DNA of 64,000 nt from an uncultured Spirochaetota bacterium (GCA_963820525.1 CAWGAA010000003.1:896001-960000); one strand, 5' to 3'. Shown: positions 10,194 to 20,711, counted from the stretch's first letter. Made by a program: numbers and translations. Notes: generated by a model from the letters alone, not told the origin.

Positions 10194-11465
10194 CTACTCC
10201 ACCGTATTGCGGCTTTTCAGGTCCAGCTCCTTCCACTCCTCGGGAACCCGCGCAAGGATCGGCGCGGGACGTAATTTGAGGTAGCGGTCGAAGAACGCCA
10301 GCGTGTACGCCTTGATCATGGTTCCCGCCCGTGTCCCGTCGATAGGCCCGATGAGCCCCATCATCTTGAGAAACGGAATATAGGTCAGATCGCTGAAGTT
10401 GTAATGCCCGGCGCCTTTGATGGTGAGCTCATAGACGGGAGCCGAAGCGGAATCGAACCACGCTCCATTGATGCCCTCCATATTGATATCCTTTCTGCCG
10501 ACACGCGCATTCGTGCTTGACATGAAGAAAACCGGTGTCCGTAGCGTGATGTCCTTGTTCCGATCCCAGATGAACTGCGGAGCGTCATAGTTGAGCGCGG
10601 CCGCGATCCTTTCAGGCTCACAGGATGCGGTCTCCACCGCAGTCGCCCCTCCGAGCGAATGCCCGAAAATTCCCACCCGGCCCGTGTCTATGCAGCCCTT
10701 GAAAAGCTCCGTCCTGTTCAGCGTGGAAAGACGATCCAGGATCAGATGGATATCGCCGATCCGGGTTTCGACCTCGTCTCGATAGTCCGCATAGTGCTCG
10801 ATGTTGGAGAGCTCGAACAGAAGTTGTTTCTTCTCTTCCGGCGTCCGTGCCTGGCGGATCTTTTGCGCAATCGAATCGAACTTCCTTGCCAAGGTCTTGG
10901 CGTTCCTTTTCTGGGAATCGACGCTCGAAAGATATTGGGCTTCGTCCACCTCGACCACCGTTCCGTCCGGGAATTCGGACACCAGCGATTCGAAGGGGTG
11001 ATTGACGGCCATGACGATGTATCCGTGGCTGGCCAGATCCTGCATGAGATAGAAACTCTGGTTCTCGTATGAATATCCGCCATGGGTGAATATCAGGACA
11101 GGCCATACGGAACCCTCTTTGATCGGCGCGCCTTCGAATGAAAGTGTTGGCGTCTTGTCTTCCATCATCGCCCGCGGGAAGCCCATGTGTGTCTTCAGTG
11201 CCTGTGCCTGTCGCGGCGTCATGGCCAATACAGGATGAGTGTTCGCCGTTTCCGACGCCGGATACCAGACCCTTACCAGGATCCGCCTTTTGGAGTCCGG
11301 CGCGCCGAATCTCGGATCCACGCGGGTGTCGTCCCGCAACTCCAACAGTACGGTTCCGACTTTCTCAGGGCCGGTAGGATCCGGCATCGTGATCGCCGCA
11401 CATGAGGAGAGAAATGTAGCAGCCGCGGCCATGAGGGAAAGGATCGAAAGCTTCATATGTTTCAT
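10194..11465 (-). CDS. Alpha/beta hydrolase lipoprotein (PAF-acetylhydrolase-like)
   Basis: Lipobox-like FLSSC; WYPA, LASHGY, GHSLGG nucleophile elbow and HYNFSD. Confidence 0.85.
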   Translation of the reverse strand: MKHMKLSILSLMAAAATFLSSCAAITMPDPTGPEKVGTVLLELRDDTRVDPRFGAPDSKRRILVRVWYPASETANTHPVLAMTPRQAQALKTHMGFPRAMMEDKTPTLSFEGAPIKEGSVWPVLIFTHGGYSYENQSFYLMQDLASHGYIVMAVNHPFESLVSEFPDGTVVEVDEAQYLSSVDSQKRNAKTLARKFDSIAQKIRQARTPEEKKQLLFELSNIEHYADYRDEVETRIGDIHLILDRLSTLNRTELFKGCIDTGRVGIFGHSLGGATAVETASCEPERIAAALNYDAPQFIWDRNKDITLRTPVFFMSSTNARVGRKDINMEGINGAWFDSASAPVYELTIKGAGHYNFSDLTYIPFLKMMGLIGPIDGTRAGTMIKAYTLAFFDRYLKLRPAPILARVPEEWKELDLKSRNTVE

Positions 11466-11660
11466 TGCCTCCTATTCTTGAGAACTTTCCGGTTTCGACA
11501 AGAAGTAACCACGGCGCCGTACGGAGTGCCCATCATCCGACGGTATGATTTTGCCGATTCGCTGTCGTTCGAGGGTATGATATGGCGCTCGCCGGGCGGC
11601 GACAGCACTATTGACACTTTTTGGAGCCCGAATATAAACAACACTAAAGCGAAAACGCAA

Positions 11661-12085
11661 ATGAAAAAGACAGCTTTCCTTCTTGTCTTGTTACAATACC
11701 CGTTTGCCAACAGCGCGTGTTTTCGCAATCCCCTGACGCCTCTCCATGGGAAATCAATGCGGTATCGGTCGGAACCGCACTGGTTCCGTTTCTCAGCGCC
11801 ACCCTCATGCAGGGGCTCCTTTTAGATCCTGTGAATCCAAATCCCACGATCGCCATTGGTGCTGATTCGTTGTACCTCATGCGCCTCGCCCCCCTCTTCT
11901 TCCAGGACGCGAACCGGGGCTGGTGGCCGTATTCGGTGACCATGCACGCAATGACCGATTTCCTCTCCAACCTGTTCCTGTGGGCTTTCAAGGCGGGAGT
12001 GCCGCGATCCGAGGTCGGGTCGAGGGCGCCATTCACCCTGCCGGCTTTCCCGTTCTCACAGGGAATGCGCCTGGGACCGTTATGA
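11661..12085 (+). pseudogene. Secreted protein remnant, frameshifted in its signal peptide
   Basis: MKKTAFLLVL joins VTIPVCQQRVFSQSPDAS (frame of ORF 11717-12085) with one added base near 11688. TTGACA-16-TATAAA lies upstream at 11611-11638. Confidence 0.35.
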
Positions 12086-12128
12086 TTTGAGGACCAAAAG
12101 CAAAGCAAATTGAATGGAGGAATAAGCA

Positions 12129-12794
12129 ATGGAAAGAAGCACGGAAGAGATTACCAACAAGGCAACAAGAAGAATAACATCAGTACTGGGAATTATTTTG
12201 GCAATTGCCGGATTCCATCATGGTATCTTCGAAGTATTGCAGGGCAACAAGCCTACAAATGGTCTCATCATCCAATCGATTGGTATAGAATTTCAGCGAT
12301 GGGCTAATGGAGAAGAAGCATTTACTATAATTCCTAACTTTTTAGCAACTGGTTTCTTGGCTATATGCGTTAGTTCATTCATAATAATTTGGGCAATTCT
12401 CTTTGTACAGAAGAAATATGGCCGAATTGTTTTTCTTCTATTCTTTATTCTTCTCACTTTGGTTGGCGGTGGCATAGCACATATCGTTTTCTTTTTGCCG
12501 ACCTGGGCATACGCAACTCGAATGAACAAATCATTATATTGGTGGAAAAGAATATTATCTCAAGGAATTCGAAAAGTATTATCAAAGATATGGTTGGCTT
12601 CCCTGATCGCTACGGTGGCGCTATTTATCATTGCTCTTGAAATCTCGGTTTTTGGAATTCCCGGTACGACAAACTATGATACCATCCTGATAACATGCTG
12701 GTCTCTTCTGCTTGCGTCCCTTGTTTCATTGAATCTCACTTTTGTTTCCGGATTCGCCTATGATGTTGAGAATAGACATAGTGAAGCCGATTAG
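12129..12794 (+). CDS. Hypothetical membrane protein (low GC)
   Basis: GGAGG RBS and about 6 hydrophobic segments. Confidence 0.75.
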   Translation: MERSTEEITNKATRRITSVLGIILAIAGFHHGIFEVLQGNKPTNGLIIQSIGIEFQRWANGEEAFTIIPNFLATGFLAICVSSFIIIWAILFVQKKYGRIVFLLFFILLTLVGGGIAHIVFFLPTWAYATRMNKSLYWWKRILSQGIRKVLSKIWLASLIATVALFIIALEISVFGIPGTTNYDTILITCWSLLLASLVSLNLTFVSGFAYDVENRHSEAD

Positions 12795-12839
12795 CAATGT
12801 TGGTTCGTGTGCTTCAGTGCCTTAGGGGCGGCCTCTGGC

Positions 12840-13615
12840 CTACACGAATCCCAGCGCCTCCCTGATGCTCATTTTTCTCACCATGCCCATGGGATACAGC
12901 GCCGCAAGAACGGGTATCAGGGTGCCGGCTGCGAAGCTTATAAGGAGCTGCCGGGGATCCGTGAGCGTATTGAGCTCCGCCGGAAAAGAGCTCCATACGC
13001 CTTTCATAATCTGGCCTATTGGGATGCCGTGGCGCTCGAAATAGGCGGAAGCTCCCCAGGCAACGAGCACGGCCAGGAGGCTCGCACACGCGCCCAAGAG
13101 CAGCGCCTCTATGGCGATGATCGTGGAAACGCCGCTGCCCGTGAAGGCGATGGCCCGCAGGGTGCCGAAATCCCGGATGCGGTCCTGGACGGAGAGAAGT
13201 ATGGAGTTCATAATGCCCACGACGGCAACGACGGCGAACAGAACATAGGAGATCACCATGAAGGCGTCCAGGAAGCCCATCATCGCGGATATGGTGCCCG
13301 ACGCGGCATCCCACCGCTCGGGAGAAAGCCCCAACCCGATTGCCTTGGCTTCCACCGCGCGCACCTGCCCCGCGGCCTTGCGCGGCTCGAGGGGTATACC
13401 ATCGCCTTCCACCGCGTAGGCCGCGATCTGGGCGGCCGCGTCCTCGGCTCCCGTCACGATCTGCATGCTTTCCAGATCGATGATGCAGGAGAACTCTTCC
13501 GAATATTCGTCCGCGGCGAAAACGCCTAGAAGCGGCAGCTCGATCATGTTGAAGCTCCCGAATGCGTCAGAGCAGAGGAAGATCACCGTGTTTCCCGGCA
13601 CCACAGCTATGGCCG
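12840..13615 (-). pseudogene. C-terminal fragment of an FtsX/MacB-type ABC permease
   Basis: IMNSILLSVQDRIRDFGTLRAI and LYP...IREAL motifs; N-terminal TM and periplasmic part are missing. Confidence 0.75.
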
Positions 13616-15020
13616 AGCCTGCTCACGATTTTTTCGCAAGAAAGATCCGACGACTCTATAGCGATCCCAACGAACTCGTCGCCGCCCATACGCGCAATAA
13701 CGTCAGAAGCGCGGAAGGAGAGCTTGAGGATTGTAGCCATATCCGTGATGGCCTGATCGCCCATTTCATGGCCCAGGTTGTCATTGATGGCTTTCATGTT
13801 GTCCATATCCATGTAGATCAGGATCAGTCGCTGTTTCAACCGGTCCGCGATCTTTACCTGTTGTGCGGCTAGGTTCAGGAAACCCCGGCGGTTGTTCAAC
13901 CCTGTCAGTTCATCGATCAACGAAAGCTCTCTGAGCTTGTCCTCGGCCAGCTTGCGCCTGGTGATGTCGCGGTCGATGCCGCGATATCCAATGAGCTCTC
14001 CGCGTGCGTCCCGGATGGGTTCACCCCGCGTTTCGAGCATTACCCGATGCCCGTCCTTTCGCAGGTTCACGTTTTCCAGGGACTGGATCGCCTCTTTTTT
14101 TGAGGACATGGCCGCGAACAATTCTCCGACGCGCTCGGCTTCATCGGTGGGCATGAACGAAAATGGAGTCCTGCCGATTACTTCCTCCACTGTATAGCCA
14201 AGAATGTCGAATACTCGGGGGCTTGCGTATGAATAGCGCCCCCGCGCGTCGGTTTCCCAAACCCAGTCATTGATATTCTCAACCAGATTCCGATACCTCT
14301 CCTCGCTTCCCCTGAGTCGTTGCCCCGATCTTCGAATCAGTGTTAACGCGCGTATCAAGACTACCGCCGCCAACGCCGACAGCGCCACGATTGCACCCCA
14401 GCCGTATTTCTCCACGGGTTCATAGGCAGAAAGACGTTCCTGTTTTTCAACGGTGTTGAAATTCTTTTCAACCCCGCCTTGCCCGGAGATGACCTTCACG
14501 ATGATGGGTAACACTGAAAAACAAACCAGAGAGGTTTTTGTATCGATCTTGGGGTGCAAGACAAGAGAGCCTCTCTGGTCCACGATGTAGATGAACGCAC
14601 CCTCTCCCAGATCGACATCCGCGAACCAGTCATGAAATCTATCGAGATCGAGCTGTATCTGCAGAATGCCGATCACCCGCGAAGATAGACCTCAGTCACG
14701 AAAGGTTCCCAGATGCTTTTCATAACCCAGTACCAGCGCATATCCGCCCGGCTTTTACCCACAGCGCCGGGGGAAACGGGAAGGTCCGCGCGGATGATCG
14801 CCTCACGGTCGAAAAGCACCATGCGGTCGATTATCGGAAACTCCATGGAAAAATTCTCGAGGTTGTCAATCGCGGCATTCCAATGGCCGGCCTGGATCTC
14901 TTCGATAAACCGCGGACGGGTGTCGAGTGAAATCCCTAGGCTGAGAAAACCGTCCAAACGCTCTTTGACAATATGGGAGGCGAGAACGGACAGAGACCGT
15001 TTCTGAGACAGAGCGGTTTC
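13567..15020 (-). pseudogene. Cache-PAS-GGDEF diguanylate cyclase, fragmented
   Basis: PAS (DWVWETD, GIDRDIT), DELTGLNNRR and RMGGDEF are present. The GGDEF C-terminal half is lost, there is a frame break near 14676, and no start codon or N-terminal TM is found. Confidence 0.75.
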
Positions 15021-15062
15021 CGGACCGCACGTGCGAACGCCGCGTGCTCCGCAGGCGTACGC

Positions 15063-15737
15063 TCATTGCAGGCTATTCCGCATCCCGTCCGAGTCGATGA
15101 GCGCGATCTCCCCCCGTCCGATCTCAATGAATCCACGCGCCTGCAGGTAGCCCAGGTGCTTGTTGACGGTCTCGCGGGTTACCCCTATCGCTTCGGCGAT
15201 CTCCTCCTGCGTGCGGCGCACCGTCGGCGGCGCCTGTGGGCTGTCGGGCGCCGCGCATTCAGACAGCAGATAGTGGACGAGGCGCGCAATCGGATGTGTG
15301 AGGCCGATCGCGCCGTGGAGTGTGTAGAGCCGGCGCGCGAGAGCGCGGAGGAAAAAGTCCTTCATGTCCGCGATGCGGAGAAGCCCACTGAACGCCGGCT
15401 GGGTGAAGGACAACAGGCAAATGGACTCCTCGGCAATCGCGTCGGTGAGGTAGGGGCTGTCCAGGAGGAGCTCCGCGACGCCCGCCCATTCTCCCCGGCC
15501 CAGCCTCCCGACGTCGATCGAGCTCTCGTCGGAACGGTACATGGTGGTCCGGATCGTCCCTGACAGAACGAGGAAGGCCACTTTCGCTCGGTCTCCCTGG
15601 TAGTACACCGCCTTCCCCCGCCGGAGGGTGAGGGGAACCCCCGATCTCACGATCGCGCGAAGGTCCCCTTCACCAAGCCGGCCGAACGGAGGGATATCCC
15701 GAAGACTTTTTCCGAGATCCGATACCATGCCTTCCAT
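15063..15737 (-). CDS. Crp/Fnr family transcriptional regulator
   Basis: cNMP-binding-like domain and HTH TQEEIAEAIGVTRETVNKHL. Confidence 0.9.
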   Translation of the reverse strand: MEGMVSDLGKSLRDIPPFGRLGEGDLRAIVRSGVPLTLRRGKAVYYQGDRAKVAFLVLSGTIRTTMYRSDESSIDVGRLGRGEWAGVAELLLDSPYLTDAIAEESICLLSFTQPAFSGLLRIADMKDFFLRALARRLYTLHGAIGLTHPIARLVHYLLSECAAPDSPQAPPTVRRTQEEIAEAIGVTRETVNKHLGYLQARGFIEIGRGEIALIDSDGMRNSLQ

Positions 15738-15741
15738 GGCA

Positions 15742-16947
15742 TCACCCCAGAACGCCCATGAACGGCTCAAGGGTGAGGTACGGATAGATGACGACAAGTG
15801 AGATCTTCCCTTCCGCCCGGTCCTTCACCCATACGATGGCGATCATCTCATCCTGGTGGAGAGACGGGAAATTCGGCTCGCCGCGCGCCGGCGTATATGG
15901 CTTGAGGTTCAGATCCACGACGTTCTTCCATCCACCCCGCAGGCAGGAAAGGATCGTATCACGCCCCGATTGCGCGTCGAATACCGCCCGGAGGGCGCTC
16001 GCCTTCCTATAGAACAGGAACACGGGACTCCGATTGAACATCCCCATGTTCTCGTTCCACCACTTCTCGATGGATTGGCTGGCTTCCTTCGGCACCGGAT
16101 GCGCCGTCCCCTCTTCCTCCACCAGCATCTTTCCCATCGGCTTCGAGTACACTCTGGAGATTCCGCCGCTTTCTACGGGCGCCGGCCGCCATGCCACGTT
16201 TTCTGCAGCGAAACAGGCGAACTCCGCCTCCGGAAGCTGCGCAAGAGCCTCCCCATACGTGCACTGATCCACGCTGTCGACGAAAAAAGAATCCGGAAGC
16301 CTCACTGCCAGATTTCTCATGAAAGAGCCATGGATCTCCGCGATTTTCATGATGCAGTAAATAGAGAATTTGTCCGGCCTAAGGAAATCGTAGTCCTTGA
16401 CCTTGACTTCCGCAGCCCCCTTCTCCAAACGAAATCCGGACGCGCGCACATTCGACTCCCGGAACGCGGTCCCGTACGGTTCGGTGATCCGCATCCCCAT
16501 CTCCTCCCCCAGGCAGACCACCTTGCCGCGGGCCACTGGGATGCCCCCCACCAGGAGCTCCGCGTCCTCATCCGCGGAAAACAGCTTCCCGAGGCTGATA
16601 ATGCTCCTCGGCCCAACATCCTTGAGCTCGGCCGGGGACATCCGGATCGATCCCAGGCTAATGAGAGTCGGCAGAAGCTCGATCAGGTCGTCCTTGATTC
16701 CGGGCTCCTCGGGGGGCTGCTCGCGGTACGGCGCGGTTACGATCCTGGCGGCGAACACGCCCGCGATGTTCACGATGTCGCACCTGCCTATCCGCATGCC
16801 GTTGAAGAATAGCGTGGAAGGGTAGCCCGCCGTATGTGTGGTTCTCACCAAGTCACCCTTTCTTAGGGTGCTGGCCTCGAACGAGGAGATGTAGCCCTCG
16901 CCAATGCTCACGGTGAGCGTTCCCTTGGTTGTGAAAAAATCGTTCAT
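15742..16947 (-). CDS. FliM/FliN-family protein: two N-terminal SpoA domains plus a FliM-like middle domain
   Basis: SpoA-like GIPVARGKVV..GEEMGMRITE; FliM-like YDFLRPDKFS, VDSVDQCTY and PYLTLEP. Confidence 0.75.
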   Translation of the reverse strand: MNDFFTTKGTLTVSIGEGYISSFEASTLRKGDLVRTTHTAGYPSTLFFNGMRIGRCDIVNIAGVFAARIVTAPYREQPPEEPGIKDDLIELLPTLISLGSIRMSPAELKDVGPRSIISLGKLFSADEDAELLVGGIPVARGKVVCLGEEMGMRITEPYGTAFRESNVRASGFRLEKGAAEVKVKDYDFLRPDKFSIYCIMKIAEIHGSFMRNLAVRLPDSFFVDSVDQCTYGEALAQLPEAEFACFAAENVAWRPAPVESGGISRVYSKPMGKMLVEEEGTAHPVPKEASQSIEKWWNENMGMFNRSPVFLFYRKASALRAVFDAQSGRDTILSCLRGGWKNVVDLNLKPYTPARGEPNFPSLHQDEMIAIVWVKDRAEGKISLVVIYPYLTLEPFMGVLG

Positions 16948-17094
16948 ATTTCGCCTCCTGCATTCAGTCTGTCCGTACCGTACAGCAGGGACGATCCATC
17001 CTCTATAAAAGGGCCGTGTGAAGCGCGATCACAGAGCGGCCTCACTGTGCGCGTGCCAACCCAACTGATAGCAAGTGCTGGCTTGCGCGCATCT

Positions 17095-18519
17095 TTAGTC
17101 GTCGTGAGGCAGGGAGCCTCGCGCAGCGCGCAGGTACGCGAAGGGCGTTTGCGCCAGGAAGTTGGACACCCGCGAGGTGTAGATGTCGGCGTAGCGCTCC
17201 ACCTGGCGCGCGAAAAGGCTCTTGTCGTTGCCCGCCCGCATGAGCGGGCCCCAGGTGGGGTTGCCCAGCTCTCCCGATGCCTTGGCGAGCGGCGAGATTT
17301 TCGCGTCCAGATCCTGGCTTTCCTCGTTGGCGTTTCGGATGGCCTCCTCCAGCTCCTCGGGCTTCGCCCCGAGCTTGGGACCGTACCCGTGCTGCACGCG
17401 CTGGCGGGCCAGGCGAAGCTGCGCGATCTTTGTGTCCAGCTCGGTCTTTCGGCTCATCAGATCGCGAAGCCGGGCATCGTTCTCGCGCGCTTTTTCCATC
17501 GCCATGATCTCGGGCTCGAGCTCGCGCAGGATGAGCCCCGTGCGCCAGCGCAGCATCTCCTTGCTCACGTGGACATCGCCGAAGAGGTGATCTCCGAGGT
17601 AGAGGATCTCGGCGCCCGAAAGGCCGAGGCTCGACTCCACGAGCTGGGCATCCCCACCGACGGTGACGCCGCCGGGCTCCAGCGGGCCGCGGTGCGGACG
17701 CAGGAGGCCCTGTTCCTCGTCGGTCACGCGGTAGGAGGCCTGGCGACCGGAGAAGAATCCCGGCTTGCGCGCTTCCACGATGATAAAATCGAAAAGCGCG
17801 CGCCACTTCATGGGGCCCGGCAGATAGCGGTCGAACGCGTAGCTCATCATGGACCGCGTGTACGCCCAGTCGGAGTTGGTGATCAGGAGCAGGCGCTTGC
17901 CCGCCGTCTTCTGGTCCTGAAGGGTGAGCGGGAGATCGGGGTCGAGCTCCACGAATCGATCCGGGTCCGCCATGATGAGCGGCTTGAGCTCGCTCAGGTT
18001 GTGCGCCTCGTCCAGCGCCATGCGGAGGATACGGTGCAGGTCGCGGTAGCCCAGGGTCTCGGGCAGCCGATCGGCATCCAGCATGTCCACGAGCTGCGCA
18101 AAGAGGTTCGCCTCGGACAGGGAGAACAGGGTGTTCATGAACTCCCAGCGGGGATCGTGGAGATCGACGAATGTGCGGGAGTACGCGGAGCGCTGCTCCT
18201 CGAAGGACAGCGGGCGGGTCCCGTGGTGGGCGCGGATGACGTATCCGAATCGCGTTGCCTTGACCAGGTTGCCCAGCTCCAGGTCGAAGACGAGCCCCTG
18301 GATGACGCCGGCCGGGTCGAAGGTGAGGCCGCCCACCGGCCACCCCCGCCGCTCGAGCGGCACCAGTGCGCGCTCGAAGGCGGCCCGCTCCCACACCTCG
18401 GCGCGGTAGTGCACCAGCGTGTAGTCCATATCAAAGCCCACGGCGCGGATGGCCCGCAGGTTGAGGGTACGGTTGCACCATACGCGACGCTCGGGCGGAA
18501 TGACCGTGGGAGCAAACAT
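17095..18519 (-). CDS. HAD-IG family 5'-nucleotidase (cN-II-like)
   Basis: GFDMDYTL, LITNS, ARKPGFF, YLGDHLFGD and YADIYTS motifs. Confidence 0.92.
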   Translation of the reverse strand: MFAPTVIPPERRVWCNRTLNLRAIRAVGFDMDYTLVHYRAEVWERAAFERALVPLERRGWPVGGLTFDPAGVIQGLVFDLELGNLVKATRFGYVIRAHHGTRPLSFEEQRSAYSRTFVDLHDPRWEFMNTLFSLSEANLFAQLVDMLDADRLPETLGYRDLHRILRMALDEAHNLSELKPLIMADPDRFVELDPDLPLTLQDQKTAGKRLLLITNSDWAYTRSMMSYAFDRYLPGPMKWRALFDFIIVEARKPGFFSGRQASYRVTDEEQGLLRPHRGPLEPGGVTVGGDAQLVESSLGLSGAEILYLGDHLFGDVHVSKEMLRWRTGLILRELEPEIMAMEKARENDARLRDLMSRKTELDTKIAQLRLARQRVQHGYGPKLGAKPEELEEAIRNANEESQDLDAKISPLAKASGELGNPTWGPLMRAGNDKSLFARQVERYADIYTSRVSNFLAQTPFAYLRAARGSLPHDD

Positions 18520-18598
18520 GCCTTAGAGTAGCATAATGGGGTGCGACGAGGCCACGGCGCGCCGTGGCCTCGTAACGCCGCCCGTGCGTACAATTGGC

Positions 18599-18628
18599 TT
18601 GTCAACCGGCCGGTGCCTCCTATATAAT
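18599..18628 (+). promoter_or_regulatory. Putative sigma70 promoter of the permease
   Basis: TTGTCA, 18 bp spacer, TATAAT. Confidence 0.5.
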
Positions 18629-18680
18629 GACCCTTCCATATCGTTCGTGTCGCGCAAACGCCAGGCAAAAAGGAGTGCAC

Positions 18681-20057
18681 ATGGCAGATAAAACTAACAA
18701 AGTTCTGGGGTATTTGCCGAGCGATGTGCCGCCCATCGGTTCAATGCTGAGCCTCGGCTTTCAACAGGTTCTTACCATGTTCCCGGCTACCGTAGTGGTT
18801 GCCATCCTTACAAAGTTCGACGTGGGTGTAACGCTGCTCACATCCGGGCTGGGTACGATCCTGGCTCTCCTGGTCTCGGGGCGCAGGATACCGATGTACT
18901 ACGGCTCGAGCTTCAGCTACATCAGCGTGGTCATCACCGCCATGAACGTGTACGCGAAGGAAGCCTTCTCCAACCCCAACATTTTCTACGTTCCCGAAGG
19001 GGTGAGAATCATCCAGGTCGGTATCATCGGGACGGCAGTGGTGGAAATCCTCGTCGGCCTTCTCATTATGAGGGTGGGCAAGCAAGCCCTCGACAAGGTC
19101 CTGCCACCGGTCATCACGGGCAGCGTGGCGGTGGTCATCGGTGTGGCCCTCGCGGGATCGGCCCTCGGGATGGCCTCGAACAACTGGCTCGTGGCCTTCA
19201 TAACCCTTGTCGTCACCGTCGGCTTCTCCGTGTACCTCCAGGGAAAAGGCCTTCTCGGAATGCTTCCCATCCTGTTGGGAGCCATCACGGGGTACGTCAT
19301 CTCGTGGATCTTCGGTCTGGTGAACTTCCATATTATTGCGGAAGCCGCCTGGGTTCGAGTGCCGGCCATCACCTTCCCTGCCTTTGGGGATCCCCGAGCC
19401 TGGGGTTCCATCTTGAGCATCGCCCTGATCGCCATCGCCACCATTCCCGAGAGCACGGCGCACCTCTACCAGATGAGTCTCTACATCGACGCCCTTGCGA
19501 AGGAGCTGGGAAAACCGGTGATAGAGATCAAGAAGCTGATCGGCCTCAATCTGGTTGCCGACGGCTCCGATGATCTCGTGGTGGGACTCCTCGGCGGATG
19601 CGCCGGCACCAACTACGGCGAGAACAACAGCCTCATGGCCATCACGCGCAACTACTCGGTACCGGTGCTGTTCTGCGCGGGGATCATAGCGATCCTGCTC
19701 GGCTTCATCGGCAAGCTCGCCGCCGCGGTGAACACGATCCCCGTTGCGGTGACCGGCGGTCTTGCCGTCTACCTGTTCGGCGTCATCGGCATGCAGGGCG
19801 TCGCCCTCATTCAATCGGAACGGGTCAACCTCTTCGAGCCCCGGCACCTGGCGGTGGGGGCCACGATCCTGATTCTGGGGATCGGCGGAAACCTTGCCCT
19901 CAAGGACGGGCTCTTCCCCTTCCCGATTCCGGTGATCTTCCCGAACGGCATCCCCGCTATCGTATTTTCAGCGATCGTGGGTATTCTCTTGAATCTGCTG
20001 TTCCTCATCCTGCCCGCATCCCTTTTCGGAGTGAAGGAGCGGGAAAACCTCATGTAG
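18681..20057 (+). CDS. NCS2 nucleobase:cation symporter, UraA/PyrP-like
   Basis: GSSF, PPVITG, ESTAH and the signature TNYGENNSLMAITRNYS; AAGGAG RBS. Confidence 0.9.
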   Translation: MADKTNKVLGYLPSDVPPIGSMLSLGFQQVLTMFPATVVVAILTKFDVGVTLLTSGLGTILALLVSGRRIPMYYGSSFSYISVVITAMNVYAKEAFSNPNIFYVPEGVRIIQVGIIGTAVVEILVGLLIMRVGKQALDKVLPPVITGSVAVVIGVALAGSALGMASNNWLVAFITLVVTVGFSVYLQGKGLLGMLPILLGAITGYVISWIFGLVNFHIIAEAAWVRVPAITFPAFGDPRAWGSILSIALIAIATIPESTAHLYQMSLYIDALAKELGKPVIEIKKLIGLNLVADGSDDLVVGLLGGCAGTNYGENNSLMAITRNYSVPVLFCAGIIAILLGFIGKLAAAVNTIPVAVTGGLAVYLFGVIGMQGVALIQSERVNLFEPRHLAVGATILILGIGGNLALKDGLFPFPIPVIFPNGIPAIVFSAIVGILLNLLFLILPASLFGVKERENLM

Positions 20058-20078
20058 GCCGGGCGAAAAGCGCGCACG

Positions 20079-20110
20079 AAAAAGGCCGCCCCGCAAGGGC
20101 GGCCTTTTTT
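20079..20110. terminator. Bidirectional intrinsic terminator
   Basis: AAAAA-GGCCGCCC-CGCAA-GGGCGGCC-TTTTTT between convergent genes. Confidence 0.9.
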
Positions 20111-20699
20111 ATGTCGGCTGTTCTTTCAGGAGCGCCCGGGAGAGATCCGCGAGGGGATATATCTGCCCGCTTTCAGGGTCGAAAACGTTTCCATCGTTTC
20201 CACAATAGTAGAGCTTCATCCACTTCTCGACAGCTCCCCGGATCCGCTGCCCGGCCTTGGCCTCCTTCTCCCGCTCCTGGCGGTAGCGGCGAAGGATAAA
20301 GCGCCTCCCCACGAGGTATGCCGCGAGAGCGAGTGCGAGCACCCCCTCCGCGGGGACGAGACCCCACGGCTGGCTGCGGAGCATCTGGAAGAGCACGAGT
20401 CCCGAAATTGCGGCGAACCCAAGAACCACGGCATCGGGGTGAAGCAGTCGCGTGACCTTGCTTTCGCCCGAGGGAGGAGCGGCCATTCGCGCGATTTCGC
20501 GGTAGTAGCGGGAACGGCCGAAGAGGCGGGTTTTCTGCCCTTCGCCCCTCTGCAGAAAGGAAAGGGATTGAGGAATGGGCTGTTCGGGATGGGCGATTAT
20601 CGAGAGGGCATCGAAGTAGATTCTGCTGAGCTTCGCGACCCGATCCCGTCCGCCGCAGGAGGCGCAGGGAGGGATCTGCTCTTTCGCCTGATCGCTCAA
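20109..20699 (-). CDS. Hypothetical membrane protein with an N-terminal CxxC
   Basis: CASC, two TM segments and C-terminal YYCGND. Confidence 0.65.
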   Translation of the reverse strand: MSDQAKEQIPPCASCGGRDRVAKLSRIYFDALSIIAHPEQPIPQSLSFLQRGEGQKTRLFGRSRYYREIARMAAPPSGESKVTRLLHPDAVVLGFAAISGLVLFQMLRSQPWGLVPAEGVLALALAAYLVGRRFILRRYRQEREKEAKAGQRIRGAVEKWMKLYYCGNDGNVFDPESGQIYPLADLSRALLKEQPT

Positions 20700-20711
20700 T
20701 GCCGGACCCTG

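Noticed and set aside
17047..18531. Long antisense or alternate-frame ORFs (also 282-1469, 27336-28835, 40767-42683, 62323-63618)
   Set aside because: Shadow ORFs typical of GC-rich coding DNA; they overlap well-supported genes and show no motifs.
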